DNA of 64,000 bases from Saccostrea cucullata (Eukaryota): assembly GCF_032062105.1 (NCBI RefSeq), contig NW_026937626.1:1-64000 (forward strand). Reading direction: 5' to 3'. Made by a program: the position numbers and the translations under genes. The notes under the pieces were generated by a model. That model worked only from the letters and a program-made list of their open reading frames with translations. It was not told where the DNA came from and did no database searches. Within the stretch, counting starts at the first letter, position 1. Each line of letters begins with the position of its first letter. Below are positions 35,688 to 49,918 of this stretch, piece by piece.

Positions 35688-38208
35688 CAGTCCCATAAAC
35701 GTTCTACTTCCCCTCTTGAACCGCGATTGATCGGTAAAAGAACGCTGATAAAACGCAGAGCGAACGGTGAGTGAACAGCGAACGTTGAACACTGCGCGAA
35801 CGCAGAATACGAATAAAGTGAAAATGTGAGCACAATATGAACGATGCGCGAGCGCTGAACGTGTGATAAATGATTTATTCGGAATTTCTAATTTTTCCAT
35901 GCATGCAAATTATTCCATTGTTTTCTACTTCCAGGTGCTAAAAATAAATAAACAATTAATAAATTAATTAATAAATGAATAATATAATAAAGTATGTTTT
36001 ACATTTTTTTTTAAAAAGACGATACAAACAAATTAAAATAAGAATAATTATTAATTTTTGCTTCTTGTATTTTAGGCACATATGTACATGTATGGTGTTT
36101 AAAATCACAGGCCTTAACATCGCTGAGAAAAAAAAAATGAGATGTAAAAAATAAAGGTATGGAACTCTTTCCATAGGGTACCTACTTTCGCCAAAAATCT
36201 TTAAATCAAATGCTTTACAATTTTACTTTTATTCATACATGTATCTATTCATTTACTTAATCTTCATTACTTCCAAAGCTCTTCCGTAATTCAATACACT
36301 TCTCGTGATATTCTGAAATCAAATCCGATATTGACCAAAATGTTTTTACTCGATATCAGCTGGGTCCTTTGATGAGTTACACTTATTGTTAAGCGGGAAC
36401 GACGGGACAAATTTTCCCAGAATTTATTCCATATCCAATGCATATTTGCTCCTTTGCATTTGAGCTTTATAAGATTTTCTCTATTTTGATCATATGAGTC
36501 ACAAACAACATTTTAACGGTCTAATTGTTTTTAAATAGAAAGGTTAATTATACACTCCGGGAAAAATTCGTTCAACCATAGCTTCTTTTACATTCATAGT
36601 CAACTTGGCGGTGTAGTTGTTGATGTAGACGTTTTCAAATTAATTTCTCACGAAAGGAATTATTACGGACTTAACCTTACAATCTAGAGTAAGAAATCAA
36701 TTTTAAAATGTTGAATGAATTTGCAAATACTATGCAGCTCTTCGCTGCACTTCAAACACCGTCTGTTTATATGTGAATGACCGTGAACGACCAGGGGCCC
36801 AAGCTAATTTCGAGTAAAATAAGTCATTTTTTGGAATTGATTTCACAATATTTAGAGAGGTATATAGAATTTCGCAATAAACTTTGGTAGAAATTAACAG
36901 AAGTAACATCTCAGAGCAGTTGAGTTTCTTGGTACATGTATTTCCAAGGAGTTTCTAAATTATTTATCATTTCTTCAAATATGATTTCCACATTTCTAAA
37001 AAAAAAATAATAATAAGACATGGTTGCAATAAATACTTGGAACGATTAAGTTTTAAATTGAATTTGGAACATACTCCATGCCAATTTGAAATACCACCAT
37101 CCGCACATTATATTTTGAACTACTGTTGTTTCATTACTATTATGTATTGATATATTATTATGTATTGATATACTATTATGTATTGATATACTATTATGTA
37201 TTGATATATTTTTAGACTGATCTTTTGCAAAACAAAATAAATTCTTTTGATTTTTTTAAATGTAAATGCACTGAAAATTCTTACTTAGAATTTGATTGGA
37301 GGGAAGGGTGCAAGGGGAGGGGGAGGGATTTACTCTTCATCATGCCGAATGGCGAACATATAGAGTTATGGTGAAGAAAGGGTTTTTTTCTCCCTCTAAT
37401 TATAAACTCTTTTAAAACCATGTGAGTTTAAAGCGTGTGTTGACCTCTATGTAAAAAAGAAGAAAAAATAATAATGTATTACATTTTAAATTTTTTTTAA
37501 ACATTGTCTATTTAATTCTTTCTACATATATTTACATGTATTAAACTGAATATCTAACAAACTATTTGAATTTCTCAGAACTAGTCCTTACATGGTTTCG
37601 TGTATTATTTAAAAAATAGGTTTTATAAATGTATATTTCTTGATTTTTGCAGCAATTGGTAAATCAATTGATTTGGGTTATTGCTCATCAATTAAAGATT
37701 TGTCATCTTTTTCATAAGAGCAAAATGCTGCGGGCTTGAAATGAGTGCGTTTGTAAATTGAACTTCTTTAAATTAATATTACTCTTATGCTCTAAACACA
37801 TATAGGTACCTAATGTGCTTCTTACGACATTTATTTTAAAGAGAAATTTAATCAATAATCTAAAAGCTTGGTTAAAATTTTGACAAAAATAAATATCATA
37901 GATATTTCTTCTGCCTTGAAATAATAATTCTTGGAAGGCGATATCTTAATTATCAAATTGAAAAGAAAAATGTTAATCTTTAAAAAGATAGGTTCTTTCA
38001 CTTTGGAGTTCCGAATGACAATAATGGCTGAACGCAAGGTGAACGTAAAGTGAACAGAACGAAGATCGAACGCTGACCGCTTTGTAAATAACAAACAGAG
38101 CACTGTGAACGGTGAACCAAAGCTGTGAAAGGAGAGCGAATGGTGAATCCACGCTGTACGAACGCTTTGTGAACGGAAAAAAAATAATGTAGAACGTTTC
38201 AGAGACTG
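35688..38208. mobile_element. Non-autonomous DNA transposon with TA TSD and GAAC-rich subterminal arms
   Basis: TA|cagtcccataaacgttctac at the left and gtagaacgtttcagagactg|TA at the right are inverted. The interior may hold other inserts. Confidence 0.65.
37137..37208. repeat. About 19-bp tandem repeat, about 4 copies
   Basis: tattatgtattgatatac repeated. Confidence 0.85.
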
Positions 38209-38245
38209 TAATGTATTGCTTCAAATTCATGCAATATATATGTAC

Positions 38246-38485
38246 CATTCCTTTAATGGTGACAAGCTTTGGTCCAAGTATTTCTGAGATGCAGATAAGA
38301 GGAATTATCCGGATGCTTAAAATGTTGAAGGTTGTAATTAGAATCATTTTGAATGTCCAACCAGTTCCCTTTTCCATCTTCACCAGCATTCCAATGACGT
38401 AAAAGAGCAATGCTAACCAATCCCAAACATTCCAGAAGTCCATTATATATAAACGAAAGCATTTTCTGCGTATGGCTATACAAAG
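38246..38485 (-). CDS. TRPM: TRPM-like channel exon (S3, S4, S4-S5 linker)
   Basis: Phase 0-0, 240 nt, ...YIMDFWNVWDWLALLFYVIGM...SEILGPKLVTIKGM, with the WN..D and LGPK..I..M TRPM signatures. Confidence 0.95.
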
Positions 38486-38819
38486 CTTAATTAAATAAAG
38501 AAAAAAAATATTTTTAAAAAATTTCGATAAAGCATGCAAACATAAATATCTGCATTAAAGGGAACAAAGCAAATGTAAAACTTAAAAATGATTTACCCTT
38601 ACATACCTTCGTTTACTAATACACATTTAAATAAGAAAAATAATTTATTGCTACTCAGGAAATGCACCAACAAGATCAAGTATTTAATATAATAGTTTTA
38701 TGATAATTTGTTTATCATTACGATCATTTACATTTCCAGATCCCGAACAAAGGTTGTACCATTTTTGCAGAAATGATAGTCTCAATGATCCAAGATTAGA
38801 AATGGAAAAGCTATATATA

Positions 38820-39879
38820 CGAGGATTTTTCGAAAAGTTCGTGGACTACTGTAATATCTTTTTGATTTAACGCCATATGCTGACCAAATTTTATAGAAAT
38901 ATTTTAACCAGAAATCAAAATGAATTGTTCTAAAAAAATGTAAATCATCACGATTAATTCCAAACCTTTCTAGAATTTAAAACTGCAAAAATATTATCGC
39001 AGAGCAGGTCAAAGTTTAGTTATTCACAAACACCAGACGAAATAAATATTGCAATGTCTGTATTATATTTTCTGTAAAATGGAGAAAAAACAAGAAAGAA
39101 TCCTAAACTTTCTTTGAAATTAAGAACTGATACATTGATTCATATTCCAAATTATCGCTGAATATTTTGATTTGTTGAGAAATCAATCTGGGAATTCCTC
39201 GAAGAAAACGACAAAAAAGATGACGTTGTTGAACGTTACAGAGCAGCAGATAGAGATGCAATTTTGTGTTTTACTTGGGAATAAACTCAAAAAAATTAAA
39301 GGAATAAAAAATTATGTCACAAATAAGTCGTACATGTGTTTATAATAGAACAGGTGGTATTTGAGTGACAAAAATTCTGTATCGGACGCGGACAATCCGT
39401 GAAGAAATGTTTTTCTGATAAAATTTGATCAAAAACTTCTAAAATTTGGAACATTATCATGGAAAATCATGGCGCTTTTGATCTTGTTAACGCACAACTA
39501 AGTGATAAAAAAATTAAAACTTTTACAAAGAAAAATATACAAAGAGAACAATTGTTAGAAAAATGAATTTCAAGTGCTCGAAAAGGGTTTTTGATAAGTG
39601 ATTATTGAACTAAACTGTTGAAATGTATAGGGATCGTATTTTTAAGAAATTCTTGAAGCTCTGTTTTTGACGTCAAATTGCCGTTAATTATGCTCCGCGG
39701 GGTACAAGACATGTTGATTTTAAGATGAAGAAAATTTATTTCTATTGATTCGAATACAATAAAACTCCACACATCAACAAAACAAAATATTTTCACACAG
39801 GATATTTAGCTAATTATAATTTCTTGAAAGTGGTATAACAAAGATTGACATCATCCACGAACGTTTTGAACAACCATCG
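38820..39879 (+). mobile_element. Degraded mariner-like element
   Basis: Imperfect TIRs cgaggatttttcgaaaagttcgtggac and catccacgaacgttttgaacaaccatcg. At about 39241, EQQIEMQFCVLLG resembles the mariner N-terminal HTH (EQR..IKFC..LG). Confidence 0.6.
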
Positions 39880-41057
39880 TGGAAATATGTTTTAACGAGC
39901 ATCATTGCTGTTTTACTATACTCAACATCTTCTAGCAGCAAGCAACAGTTTTAAAGTCAATGTCTCTATATCACTTTAAACTTTATCTTATTTGTATGAG
40001 ATTGAGTTTCAATCGGTACTGTATATGGCACAACGTTTGCGTTATTACATTTTCAAAAAAGAAATTATTTACTGTAAATGTATTATATTTAGCGTGTACA
40101 ATATTTGGCGGAAAATGCGTTTTGAACATGTTAGAGTAGATTCGATTTAGCGCATTGCCCAATGTTCATATTTATTTGTATATGTGCAAGACGTTAAGCG
40201 TTGTACCTGAATTTGCAGTTTCACTCCTCCAAAAGTGCAAAAAAGAATATACTTAAGGAATGTTTTTTAAGTTTTGTGTGAGTTATTGGCGTGTGAATCA
40301 CACAGACTTGTCACATAGGCATATTTCATGAAGCGCGCTAGCGCTTCATGAAAAAATATGCCTACGTGCAAGTCAGTGTGATTCACACACCAATAATTCA
40401 AACTAAACTTAAAAACATTCCTTATATTTACATTCTGCATGTTTGGAAGAAACTTAAATATACTCAATATTTGAATTTCTCGCTGTCCTATATTGCTGCA
40501 TTTTTAATAACGTCGCTGCAGCCTCATTGCGACGTCACGTTAACGCACATGTCTCCGTGTATATTTCTACGCGTGAGTATACATAAAAATGAATCAATTC
40601 AAATCAATTTCACAGTTGGCTTAGTAGAAAAATACAGCGAATGTAAATATAGCCAAATGATATACGTTTTCAGTATTTTTTAAAAGTAGTACTCTCTGAT
40701 TTTAATGCGCATCTGCAACAGCGCATCTGCAAAAGTTCTGCAAATGCGCTAAACGGTCAGTTGACAGGCTCCTTACACAGTACAGTTAAGGTGCGCAATG
40801 AAAATAAAGATAATTTTTGTGATTAAAAAATGTATTCGTAATTAGGATGCCGATTATTTAGTACATTATTTCTATTGGATAATTATAATTATGGTATATA
40901 AGTACAAATTGAGGACCATTAGATTTTATATTCAAGCTTGAAACGTGATGCGACGGTCACGTATTTTAGCAAACTTACTTGCAGTATTAAGGCCATCTAT
41001 AAATTTCACTATTGCAATGATAAAACGAAGTTAAAATTCTAAGTTGAGTTTATATTT

Positions 41058-41196
41058 TTAGGTCACCTGAGTAAACTCAGGTGACCTATTGCTATCCGTT
41101 TTCGTCCGTCGTCGTCCGTCGTGTGTCGTGTGTTGTGTGTCGTGTGTCGTGTGTTAACATTTGAACATTTTCAGCTTCTTCTCTGCATCCACTGAA

Positions 41197-41227
<31 letters not shown>

Positions 41228-41472
41228 TATGGGTGAAGGGGAACAAAAATTGTGAATTTCATGATCCCTGCCCCCTGGGGCCTGAGGGGTGGGGCCAAAA
41301 CCACTAAAATTAATGCAATCTTTAAAAATCTTCTTCTTTACTCCTGGACATCAAGCAGTCAAACTATTTGCATGATTGTAATCAGCATTGAGTCCTCTAC
41401 CAAAATTGTGAAATTCATGGCCCTGGGGTCAGGGGTTCTAGTGCTAGGGCGGGGCTAAATAAGTATATAGTG

Positions 41473-41506
<34 letters not shown>

Positions 41507-43377
41507 GCTCCTGGGTATTAAATAAACCAACTAAGTACATAGTTATGATGAGCAAGAGTGCCTCTACCAAAATTGTGAATTTTATGGCCCCAGGGTCAGG
41601 GGTTCTGGTGTTAGGGTGGGGCTCTATTGATTATATAGTAAAATATATGATTTCTTTGAAAATCTTCTTCTCTGCCCCTGGGTATTAAATAAACCAAGTA
41701 AGTAAATAGTTATGATGAGCAAGAGTGCCTCAACCAAAATTGTGAATTTTATGGCCCCAGGGTCAAGGGTTCTGGTGTTGGGGGGGGGCTCTATTGATTA
41801 TATAGTGAAATTACATGAATTCTTTGAAAAACTTCTTCTCTGCTCCTAGGTATTAAATAAACTAACTAAGTGCATAGTTATGATGATCAAGAGTGCCTCT
41901 ACAAAAATTGTGAATTTTATGGCCCCAGCATCAATGGTTCTGGTGGGGGGGGGACTTTATTGTTTATAAAGTGAAAATACATGAATTCTTTGAAAAACTT
42001 CTTCTCTGCTCCTAGGTATTAAATAAACTAACTAAGTTCATAGTTATGATAAGCAAGTGTTCTTCAACCAAGATTGTGAATTTTGTGGCCCCAGGGTCAA
42101 GGGTTCTGGTGTGTGTGTGGGGGAGGGCTCTATTGATTATATAGTGAAATTACATGAATTCTTTGAAAAACTTCTTCTCTGCTCCTAGGTATTATATAAA
42201 CTAACTAAGTGCATAGTTATGATGAGCAAGCGTGCTTCAACCAAAATTGTGAATTTAATGGCCCTATCATCAAGGGTTCCGGTGTTAGGGGGGGGGGGGG
42301 CTCTATTGATTATATAGTGAAATTACATGAATCCTTTGAAAATCTTCTTCTCTGCTCCTAGGTATTAAATAAATTAACTAAGTGCATAATGATGATGAGC
42401 AAGAGTGCCTCAACCAAAATTGTGAATTTTTTGGCCCCAGGGTCAAGGGTTCTGGTGTGTGTGTGTGGGGGGGGGGGGCTCTATTGATCATATCGTGAAA
42501 ATACATGAATTCTTTGAAAAAAATCTTCTCTGCTCCTAGGTATTAAATAAACTAACTAAGTGCATAGTTATGATGAGCAAGAGTGCCTCTACAAAAATTT
42601 TGAATTTTATGGTCCCAGCATCAATGGTTCTGGTGGGGGGGGGGATTGATTATTGATTATAAAGTGAAAATACATGAATTCTTTGAAAATCTTCTTCTCT
42701 GCTCCTAGGTATTAAATAAACTAAGTAAGTGCATAGTTATGATGAGCAAGAATGCCTCTTCTAAAATTATGAATTTCATTGCCCCAGGGTCTGGGGTTCT
42801 GGTGTTAGGGTGGGGCTCTATTGATTATATAGTGAAAATACATTAAATCTTTGAAAATTTTCTTCTCTGTCTCTGGGTATGAAGCATATGAACTACCTAT
42901 ATAGTTATGATGAGCAAGGGCCCTAAATCTTGCAGAATTGTGAATTTCAAGGCCCCAGGGTCAGGAATGGGGGGGGCTCTACTTATATACTGAAAATGAA
43001 TTAATTGTTTGAAATCTAGTCCTTTGTATTTATAAAACATTTATTTACTTTTTGATAGGCAATTTTAAGGGTGCCTTTTAAAAATTTATGCAACCTAGGG
43101 TTAGGGGTTTATGTCAGAGTGTTAGGGGCACTACTGATTATTGATGAATATTACTGATTAGTTGGAGTGCATTTTTGTTCCCCTACCCTGCGTATGGGTA
43201 TTCAGTAACCAAGCTAAGCAACTGCTAAGTTTATTGTTATGATGATCAATGGTGCCCTTTCAAAATTGTGAATGCCATATAGCATCTGGCTTAAAACATG
43301 AATTAAATTCAGTACACTGTAACTGGAAAGTTGTTGCATAATGCTCAGGTGACCTATAAGGCCCGTGGGCCTCTTGT
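41058..43377 (+). mobile_element. Helentron-associated non-autonomous element carrying a roughly 170-bp (Cg170-like) satellite array
   Basis: 5' aggtcacctgag-taaa-ctcaggtgacct hairpin, a (CGT)-rich microsatellite, about 10 units of about 167-177 bp, then 3' ctcaggtgacct plus the aggccc-gt-gggcct palindrome. Inserted in T runs. Confidence 0.9.
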
Positions 43378-43472
43378 TTTTTCAACGGGCATTCGTTATC
43401 TCGATATCTTTCAGGCAATAATAAGTAATTAACTTTATACGAATGATTGGACAAAAGTAAAAAGAACATCAC

Positions 43473-43601
43473 CTGTTTTACTTCATTAATGGCATAACTC
43501 GACATACATATGATAAGGAAAACGTCTGCATTTGAAATTCCTTCTTCATGGTCGAACAAGAGCATATACCCAAAACCACAAAGAAGAACAAATAACCCAA
43601 A
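43473..43601 (-). CDS. TRPM: TRPM-like channel exon (S1-S2)
   Basis: tttttcag/gtgatg, phase 0-0, FGLFVLLCGFGYMLLFDHEEGISNADVFLIICMSSYAINEVKQ. Confidence 0.92.
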
Positions 43602-44109
43602 CTGAAAAATTTGAAACAAATGCACAATTTTATGTATTTTTAAAAGAAGAATGTGTATCTGCATATATTTGTAAATTTCCTCTTCAAATGGGGAATTTCT
43701 GCATTGGACAGGGGCTAATATTTTTTACGAGATGATAAAATATGTGTAATTTTCTAAGTTTAGTAAAATCATGAACACTTCCGACCTGTTCAATCTTTTG
43801 GGTGTATTTGTTATGAGGATTTCTTGGAAAATGCAGGTGGATTCTTTGCTAGATAGCAAAAATAGCATTATTTATCATGTCATTTACAGCTAGTGAGTAC
43901 ATATAAATGTGAAAAATATATAGGAAATATTTCTTAAATAATCTCCTCTACAAAATAAATATCAATTACACATATTTGAATGTCATTCTAAAATGTTGAT
44001 TTTTAGGGGGCTCTTATCATATATACTACTTTTATAAACTTCATTTCATCAGAAATGGGTGATTAATATCAAAGAACAGATTTCAAAGTATTACTTTATT
44101 TTCAGACTA

Positions 44110-46742
44110 TGCCCCCCCCCCCTAAAAAAAATGGGCCCTGAAATTTACCATTTTGGAAGAGAAACCTTTCTTCATCATAAATACTGTAAATAATCACGAT
44201 TGTTTTAATTACGCTATGTTCGCGATTTATCTTTTATCCATTTATCATTTAATCCATAGTGAATGCTTTTATTAGTTTTAAAAAACGTTTAAATGCTTAT
44301 ACGAATTAATTTCTTGCAGCGTGAAATAAAAACCTTCGCAAATGTTACTTTCTTAGATATCGTCATGCATTCATGCATTTTCACAATATAAATATTATAG
44401 AGCCCCGACCTATCACAAGAACCCCTGACCCAGGAGCCATGAAATTCACAAATTGGGAAGAAGCATCCCTCCTCATCATAACTATGTACATAGTTCATTG
44501 ATTTTATATCCAAGAGTATAGGAGAAGATTTTTAAAGAATTTATGCAATTTCACTATATAATCAACAGACCCCGCCCTAACACCAGAACCCCTCAACCTG
44601 GGGCCATGACATTCACAATTTTGGAAGAGGCAGACTTATTTAATATAACCATGTACTTGGTTAGTTTATTTCATACCCAGGAGAAGATAAGAAGATTTTT
44701 TAAAGAATTAGTGTATTTTCACTATATAAACAATTAAAGAGCCCCGCCCTAACACCAGAACCCCTGACCCAGGTGCCATGAAATTTACAAATAGGGAAGA
44801 TTTTAGCATCCTACCTTGTCATAATTATGTACATAGTTCGTTGGTTAAATATCCAAGCACAGAGGAGAATATTTTTAAAGAATTTATGCATTTTTACTAC
44901 ATTGTCAAGAGAGCCCCGCCCTAAAACCAGAACCCCTGACCCTGGGGCCATGAAATTCACAATTTTGGAAGAGGCAATCTTATTCAACATAACTATGTAC
45001 TTGGTTAGCTTATTTAATGTCCAGGAGCAGAGAAAAAGATTTTCAAAGAAATAATGCATTTTCACTATACAGTCTATTTAGCCCCGCCTAGCACTAGCAC
45101 CCCTGACCCTGGGGCCATTAATTTCACAATTTTTGTAGAGGACGCACCCTAACAAAAAAAACTATAGTAAACTATAGTTAACTAAAGTTTACTATAGTTA
45201 AAACTTTGGAACTTTGATTTACTATGGTGAAAACTTTGGAACTTTGATTTACTATAGTAATAACTTTGAAACTTTGATTTACTATGGCGAAAACTTTGTA
45301 AGTTTGATTTACTATGGTAAAAACTTTGAAAATTTGATTTACTATGGTGAAAACTTTGAAACTTTGATTTACTATGGCGAAAACTTTGGAACTTTGATTT
45401 ACTATGGTAAAAACTTTGAAACTTTGATTTACTATGGTGAAAACTTTGGAACTTTGATTTACTATGGTGAAAACTTTGGAACTTTGATTTACTGTGGTAA
45501 AAACTTTGAAACTTTGATTTACTTTGGTGAAAACTTCGGAACTTTGATTTACTAAAGTGAATACTTTGGAACTTTAATTCACTATGATGAAAACTTTGGA
45601 ACTTTGATAAGTTCTATAAAACCCGTGGAATTATGGTATTGCTTCTCATTCTGTACATTTTATGAAATGTCAAGAATAAGATTTATTGAAGCTTAAATGA
45701 ACGTTAGAAAAACCCGACCCCTCCGCTAAAAGAACAAAGTACAAGAAATGAATTTTAATAAAAAAAAATGTACTAACACCGATAAGAAAGCAATATTTAT
45801 CATAATTTATGGAGAAAAAATTATTATAAGATAAAAATTCCGCCATTTAGAATCAAAATATTTGCTTTATTAGCTTACGTCAACATGTTTTTTCTTCCGT
45901 TCAATGTAAATATTGCATGTATATTAAATACTTTGCATATTGTAATTGAGATGAACATCACACATCAGCCCAAACAAACCAAAATCATTACCCTAAAAAC
46001 AGATAAATTATTTTAAAAATTAATAAAAAACATACAAAAACTTCAATACTTTAATTTACTATAGTAAGAACTTTGGAACTTTGATTTAGTATGGAAAAAA
46101 ATTTGGAACTTTGAATAACTATGGTATAAACTTTGGAACTTTGATTTACTATGGCGAAAACTTTGGAACTTTGATTTACTTTGGCGAAAACTTTGGAACT
46201 TTGATCTACTATGGTGAAAACTTTGGAACTTTGATTTACTTTGGTGAAAACTTTGGAACTTTGATTTACTTTAGTAAAAACTTTGGAACTTTGATTTACT
46301 ATGGTGAAAACTTTGGAACTTTGATTTACTATGGTAAAAACTTTAAAACTTTGATTTACTATGGTGAAAACTTTGGAACTTTGATTTACTATAGTAAACT
46401 ATAGTTAACTATAGTTTACTATAGTATTTTTTTTGTTAGGGCAATGCTGATTACAATTATGCCAACAGTTTGACTGCTAGATGTCCAAGAGCATAGCAGA
46501 AGATTTTTAAAGATTGCACTAATTTTAGTGGTTTTGGCCCCACCCCTCAGGCTCAAGGGGGGCAGGGACCATAAATTCACAGTTTTTTTTGCCTTTTACC
46601 CACAAATGCTTTGAGCCAAAATTAGTTGAAGTTGCTTGAGCGGTTTCAGAGAAGAGGCTGAAAATGGTCAAATGTTAACGCACGGCGCACGATAGACGAC
46701 GGATGACGCACGACGACAGACAACAACGGATAGACCTAAAAA
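44110..46742 (-). mobile_element. Second Cg170-like satellite-bearing element, inverted and interrupted
   Basis: Reverse complement of the 41058 element head at 46440-46742 (5' hairpin deleted) and satellite units at 44110-45146. The left limit is approximate. Confidence 0.85.
45147..46441. mobile_element. Nested non-autonomous DNA transposon with CCC...GGG ends and a 2-bp TSD (CMC/EnSpm-like), carrying 30-bp arrays
   Basis: TIRs ccctaacaaaaaaaactatagtaaactatagttaac and gttaactatagtttactatagtattttttttgttaggg. TSD is CA, and the host reads gaggac(t/g)caatgctg when rejoined. Unit aaactttggaactttgatttactatggtga at 45201-45610 and 46050-46390. Confidence 0.88.
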
Positions 46743-48657
46743 GGGTTATTTTTCTAAGTAAAGTTCTTTTCTTTGTTTTAAAGTTATGCTCCACTATGTT
46801 ATTGTTTGTTAACCATGCATGAATTGTCAAAATATAAAATTAGAAGATACACTTTATACTTTTGACCACACACAGAGTTATTTTGACCGAAGATCCAATA
46901 TATACATATGAAAACTAAAACCGAAAATATAACTTGCTTCATTTGTAAGGAAAATATATATTCACCATCCTGTTGTAAAAGAAAAAAAAGATTGATTCCA
47001 GAATACCGACAAAAAGATACCGGACTTTTAAAAGTGTGAATAATATGAAAACGCTGTTGTCACTAAGTTGTCATGGAATACTTCAAACGTATGTGTACAC
47101 ATATGCTTATCACAAGTGCTTGTAGACCAGAGAACCTCCCCAACCCCACCTACAATATACATACCGGGTCCCAAGATATTCATATTTTTTTCTTTCATAA
47201 ATTAATCGTTTAGTACATATTTACAATGTAGTTCATATGAAAAATCCCAAAATTACAAAATTATTTTAAAAAAAATCATGCTCGTAGTATTTTAAATCAC
47301 CTTTAACTTTTTAACAGCAGGTATCAATTTGTTGTAAATTGTAAATGTTATTAATGAAAGAAAGCAAAAAAAAATCTTTCGACCTGGATTTATATATTCA
47401 AGGGATTGGAGGGCATAGGTCCTATGATGGCATGCTAATATGGAACTTGCTCTCATTTACCTTAAATTATGTCAAAAACACAATCCAATAACCTTCCAAT
47501 TTTGCGCCCCCCCCCCACCCCTGAAAGTTGGAGATATTGATTTTGATCTGCCTGTTCGACTTGTAATTCTGATCGTCGGTTACACTTTTATTTCAAGCAA
47601 TATCTCGAAAAGCTTTCGAACTTTTACAGTGAAGTAAAAGAAGAGCTTTGGATTTGGGATAAGTAGAGGGGGTTCCTGTCTACTTGCTCCCGTGAGAATT
47701 ATATGAAGAATTTTAAGATACATGTTTGTAAGAAGTAGCTTTATCAACTGACAATTTAAGAACGGGTATCCTCCTGGATTTAAAATTAAGCTATAGATTT
47801 CTGATATGGCTATAATACCTGTGTATTTAAAGCCATATTAATTTTATTTTTCGCAGCATATAGTATTTTGAACGAGAATTTCTTTAAAGTTTTTGGGTTT
47901 TTGCAATTTAGTTTTAGACCATAACTCCTTATTATCACGACCGCCTTTCGTAAAGTCCCCCCCCCCCTTTCGATCCCTACTAGATCCGCACATACTATTA
48001 TTTTTTTTTATTTCATGCCACAAAATGACATTTTAAAACGTTCCTTTCATTTCCCTTCTCGAACCCCTTTGCTCGTTTAAATGTCCATTGAAATGTATTG
48101 TAGCGTCACGGTAGCGGCTACGACAAGACATGGCTTTAAGGTTTCTTGTTGGGATTTTATCTATCGAAATCCCAATAAAACTGAAGAATTCAATAATGCA
48201 ACTGTGAAAACAATAAACTACTATGACTGATCCCCATTTATGGTTACGTTCGTTCGTAAGATGTAAGTGTTTCTCTATTGGAAATGCAAAGATATTTTAT
48301 TTCTTTTTAATCGTATAAAGATACCGGTGATAAATATAAATTCTGTAAAATAGTATTTACGTACCCTAGGAATCTAAGAGGAAAAAGAAATTAGGAAGAC
48401 AAAGATATTGAATAAATCTAAATTGAAGAAAATGAAAACATAAATGTTTACCTAACGTTTCGTTGCAAATGGTTTAAAGACACTGCTCATAAATATTTTT
48501 TTTCTATTCTAATGGCAACCTTTGAGAAAATTTTAAATGCGGTTTAGCATTATAGTTATTATTATTTTTATGGGGCTTCCATATTATTGTAAAGCCGTCT
48601 GGAAGGACATCCAAGGACAAAGCTATGCGCAAATCACTCCTAGTAGAGAAATCTTAC

Positions 48658-48706
48658 CAAAGTATTTAGAACCTTCATAAATGGGATGTTGTAAACTCTA
48701 TAAAGC
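48658..48706 (-). CDS. TRPM: TRPM-like channel exon (pre-S1)
   Basis: tttttag/gtaaga, phase 2-0, WLYRVYNIPFMKVLNTL (TRPM FY.AP..KF pattern). Confidence 0.85.
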
Positions 48707-49832
48707 CTAAAAATAAAAAAAAACACTTTTATTCAATGTCATATTTTTTATCACTCAGAGTAAGAAAATCATTTCAACCCTTGTGTATCACGTAATTCAA
48801 TAATCTGTAGATAAATCAAAGTTCTGAATAGCTACAAACACAATATTATAGACAGAGGGCCTAAAGATGACAATATGCGGTAATTGTTTGTTTGTTTGTT
48901 TGTTTTATTTGACTTCACATGCAAACATCGAACGCTGTGGAGGTGCAACATAAGAAGCAAAAATCAATGTTCAAGTTCAGATTTGTAAGTCCTCTTCCAA
49001 TACTTTAAATTACTTGAACAATAATAAAAGGATTTTTAAATATAAATCGTATTGCAGTCAAGGCAATGAGTTAATAAAATGTAAATACAAGCATAAGTTT
49101 ATTGTTTTTCACAGGCTTGGGGTCAATTACTTTGAAATGTAATTAATAATTTTCAAATACATTGATAACTTTTCAATTAGTTGCAATTACAATAACATTA
49201 TTTTTTTTTCAAATGTAATGAATTAATTTCAATAGACGTAACAGAAAAAAAATCCTGAATCTGGCATTTAAACTTTTGTGAGATGAAAAACTATATATGA
49301 ACTTCCTGTATTGACAAGATTCAATAACAATAAGTCGTGCTGACATAAATATATACTGTATTTGTGCTGGGAGTGATTGTGGTGATTGGATAGTAGGAGC
49401 ATTCAATAATTGCTCGACTTCAACCGAAACTGACATCAGACCTTGCTGGATGGCTTTGTATTCTTTTGTGCTGAATTCTTTATAAAGATTTGTTTAAAAA
49501 ATCTGAAAGAATAACCTCTCAAAGGTTTGTTTGAAATCTATACCACCTATTCAAAGATGTGCAATTTTGGTAGGAATACATATCAAAACTTAATACTGCT
49601 GTGTATCCTTAGTATGTGTTTGAAAAAAGCTAGGTTTTTTCTAGTTAAGGAAACTAAGATAAAAACAAATCCCAAAATGCATATTTGGTATTTTAATTTT
49701 TATCAACATAATATTCATTATGAAGTATCTTTAAATCAAGCGGAATACTGTATCAATGAGTATATATTTCTTTAGTTAAACGCTCAAGTCTAATGTTTTA
49801 TTGTTTTAGAAAATCAAACATGAAATACTTAC

Positions 49833-49918
49833 CATTGAAAACAACTACTGTCTAGGCAAATCAACATTGGTAACAAAAGAATCCAATGGAAAAGCATATA
49901 TGGAACAAATTTCAGGAT
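49833..49918 (-). CDS. TRPM: TRPM-like channel exon (pre-S1 elbow)
   Basis: ttttacag/gtaagt, phase 0-2, ILKFVPYMLFHWILLLPMLICLDSSCFQ. Confidence 0.85.

Noticed and set aside
41252-45065. ORFs with MAPGSGVLVLG repeats
   Set aside because: They are translations of the roughly 170-bp satellite units.
45214-46404. YYGENFGTLI repeat proteins
   Set aside because: They arise from a stop-free 30-bp tandem repeat inside a TIR element; there is no gene context.
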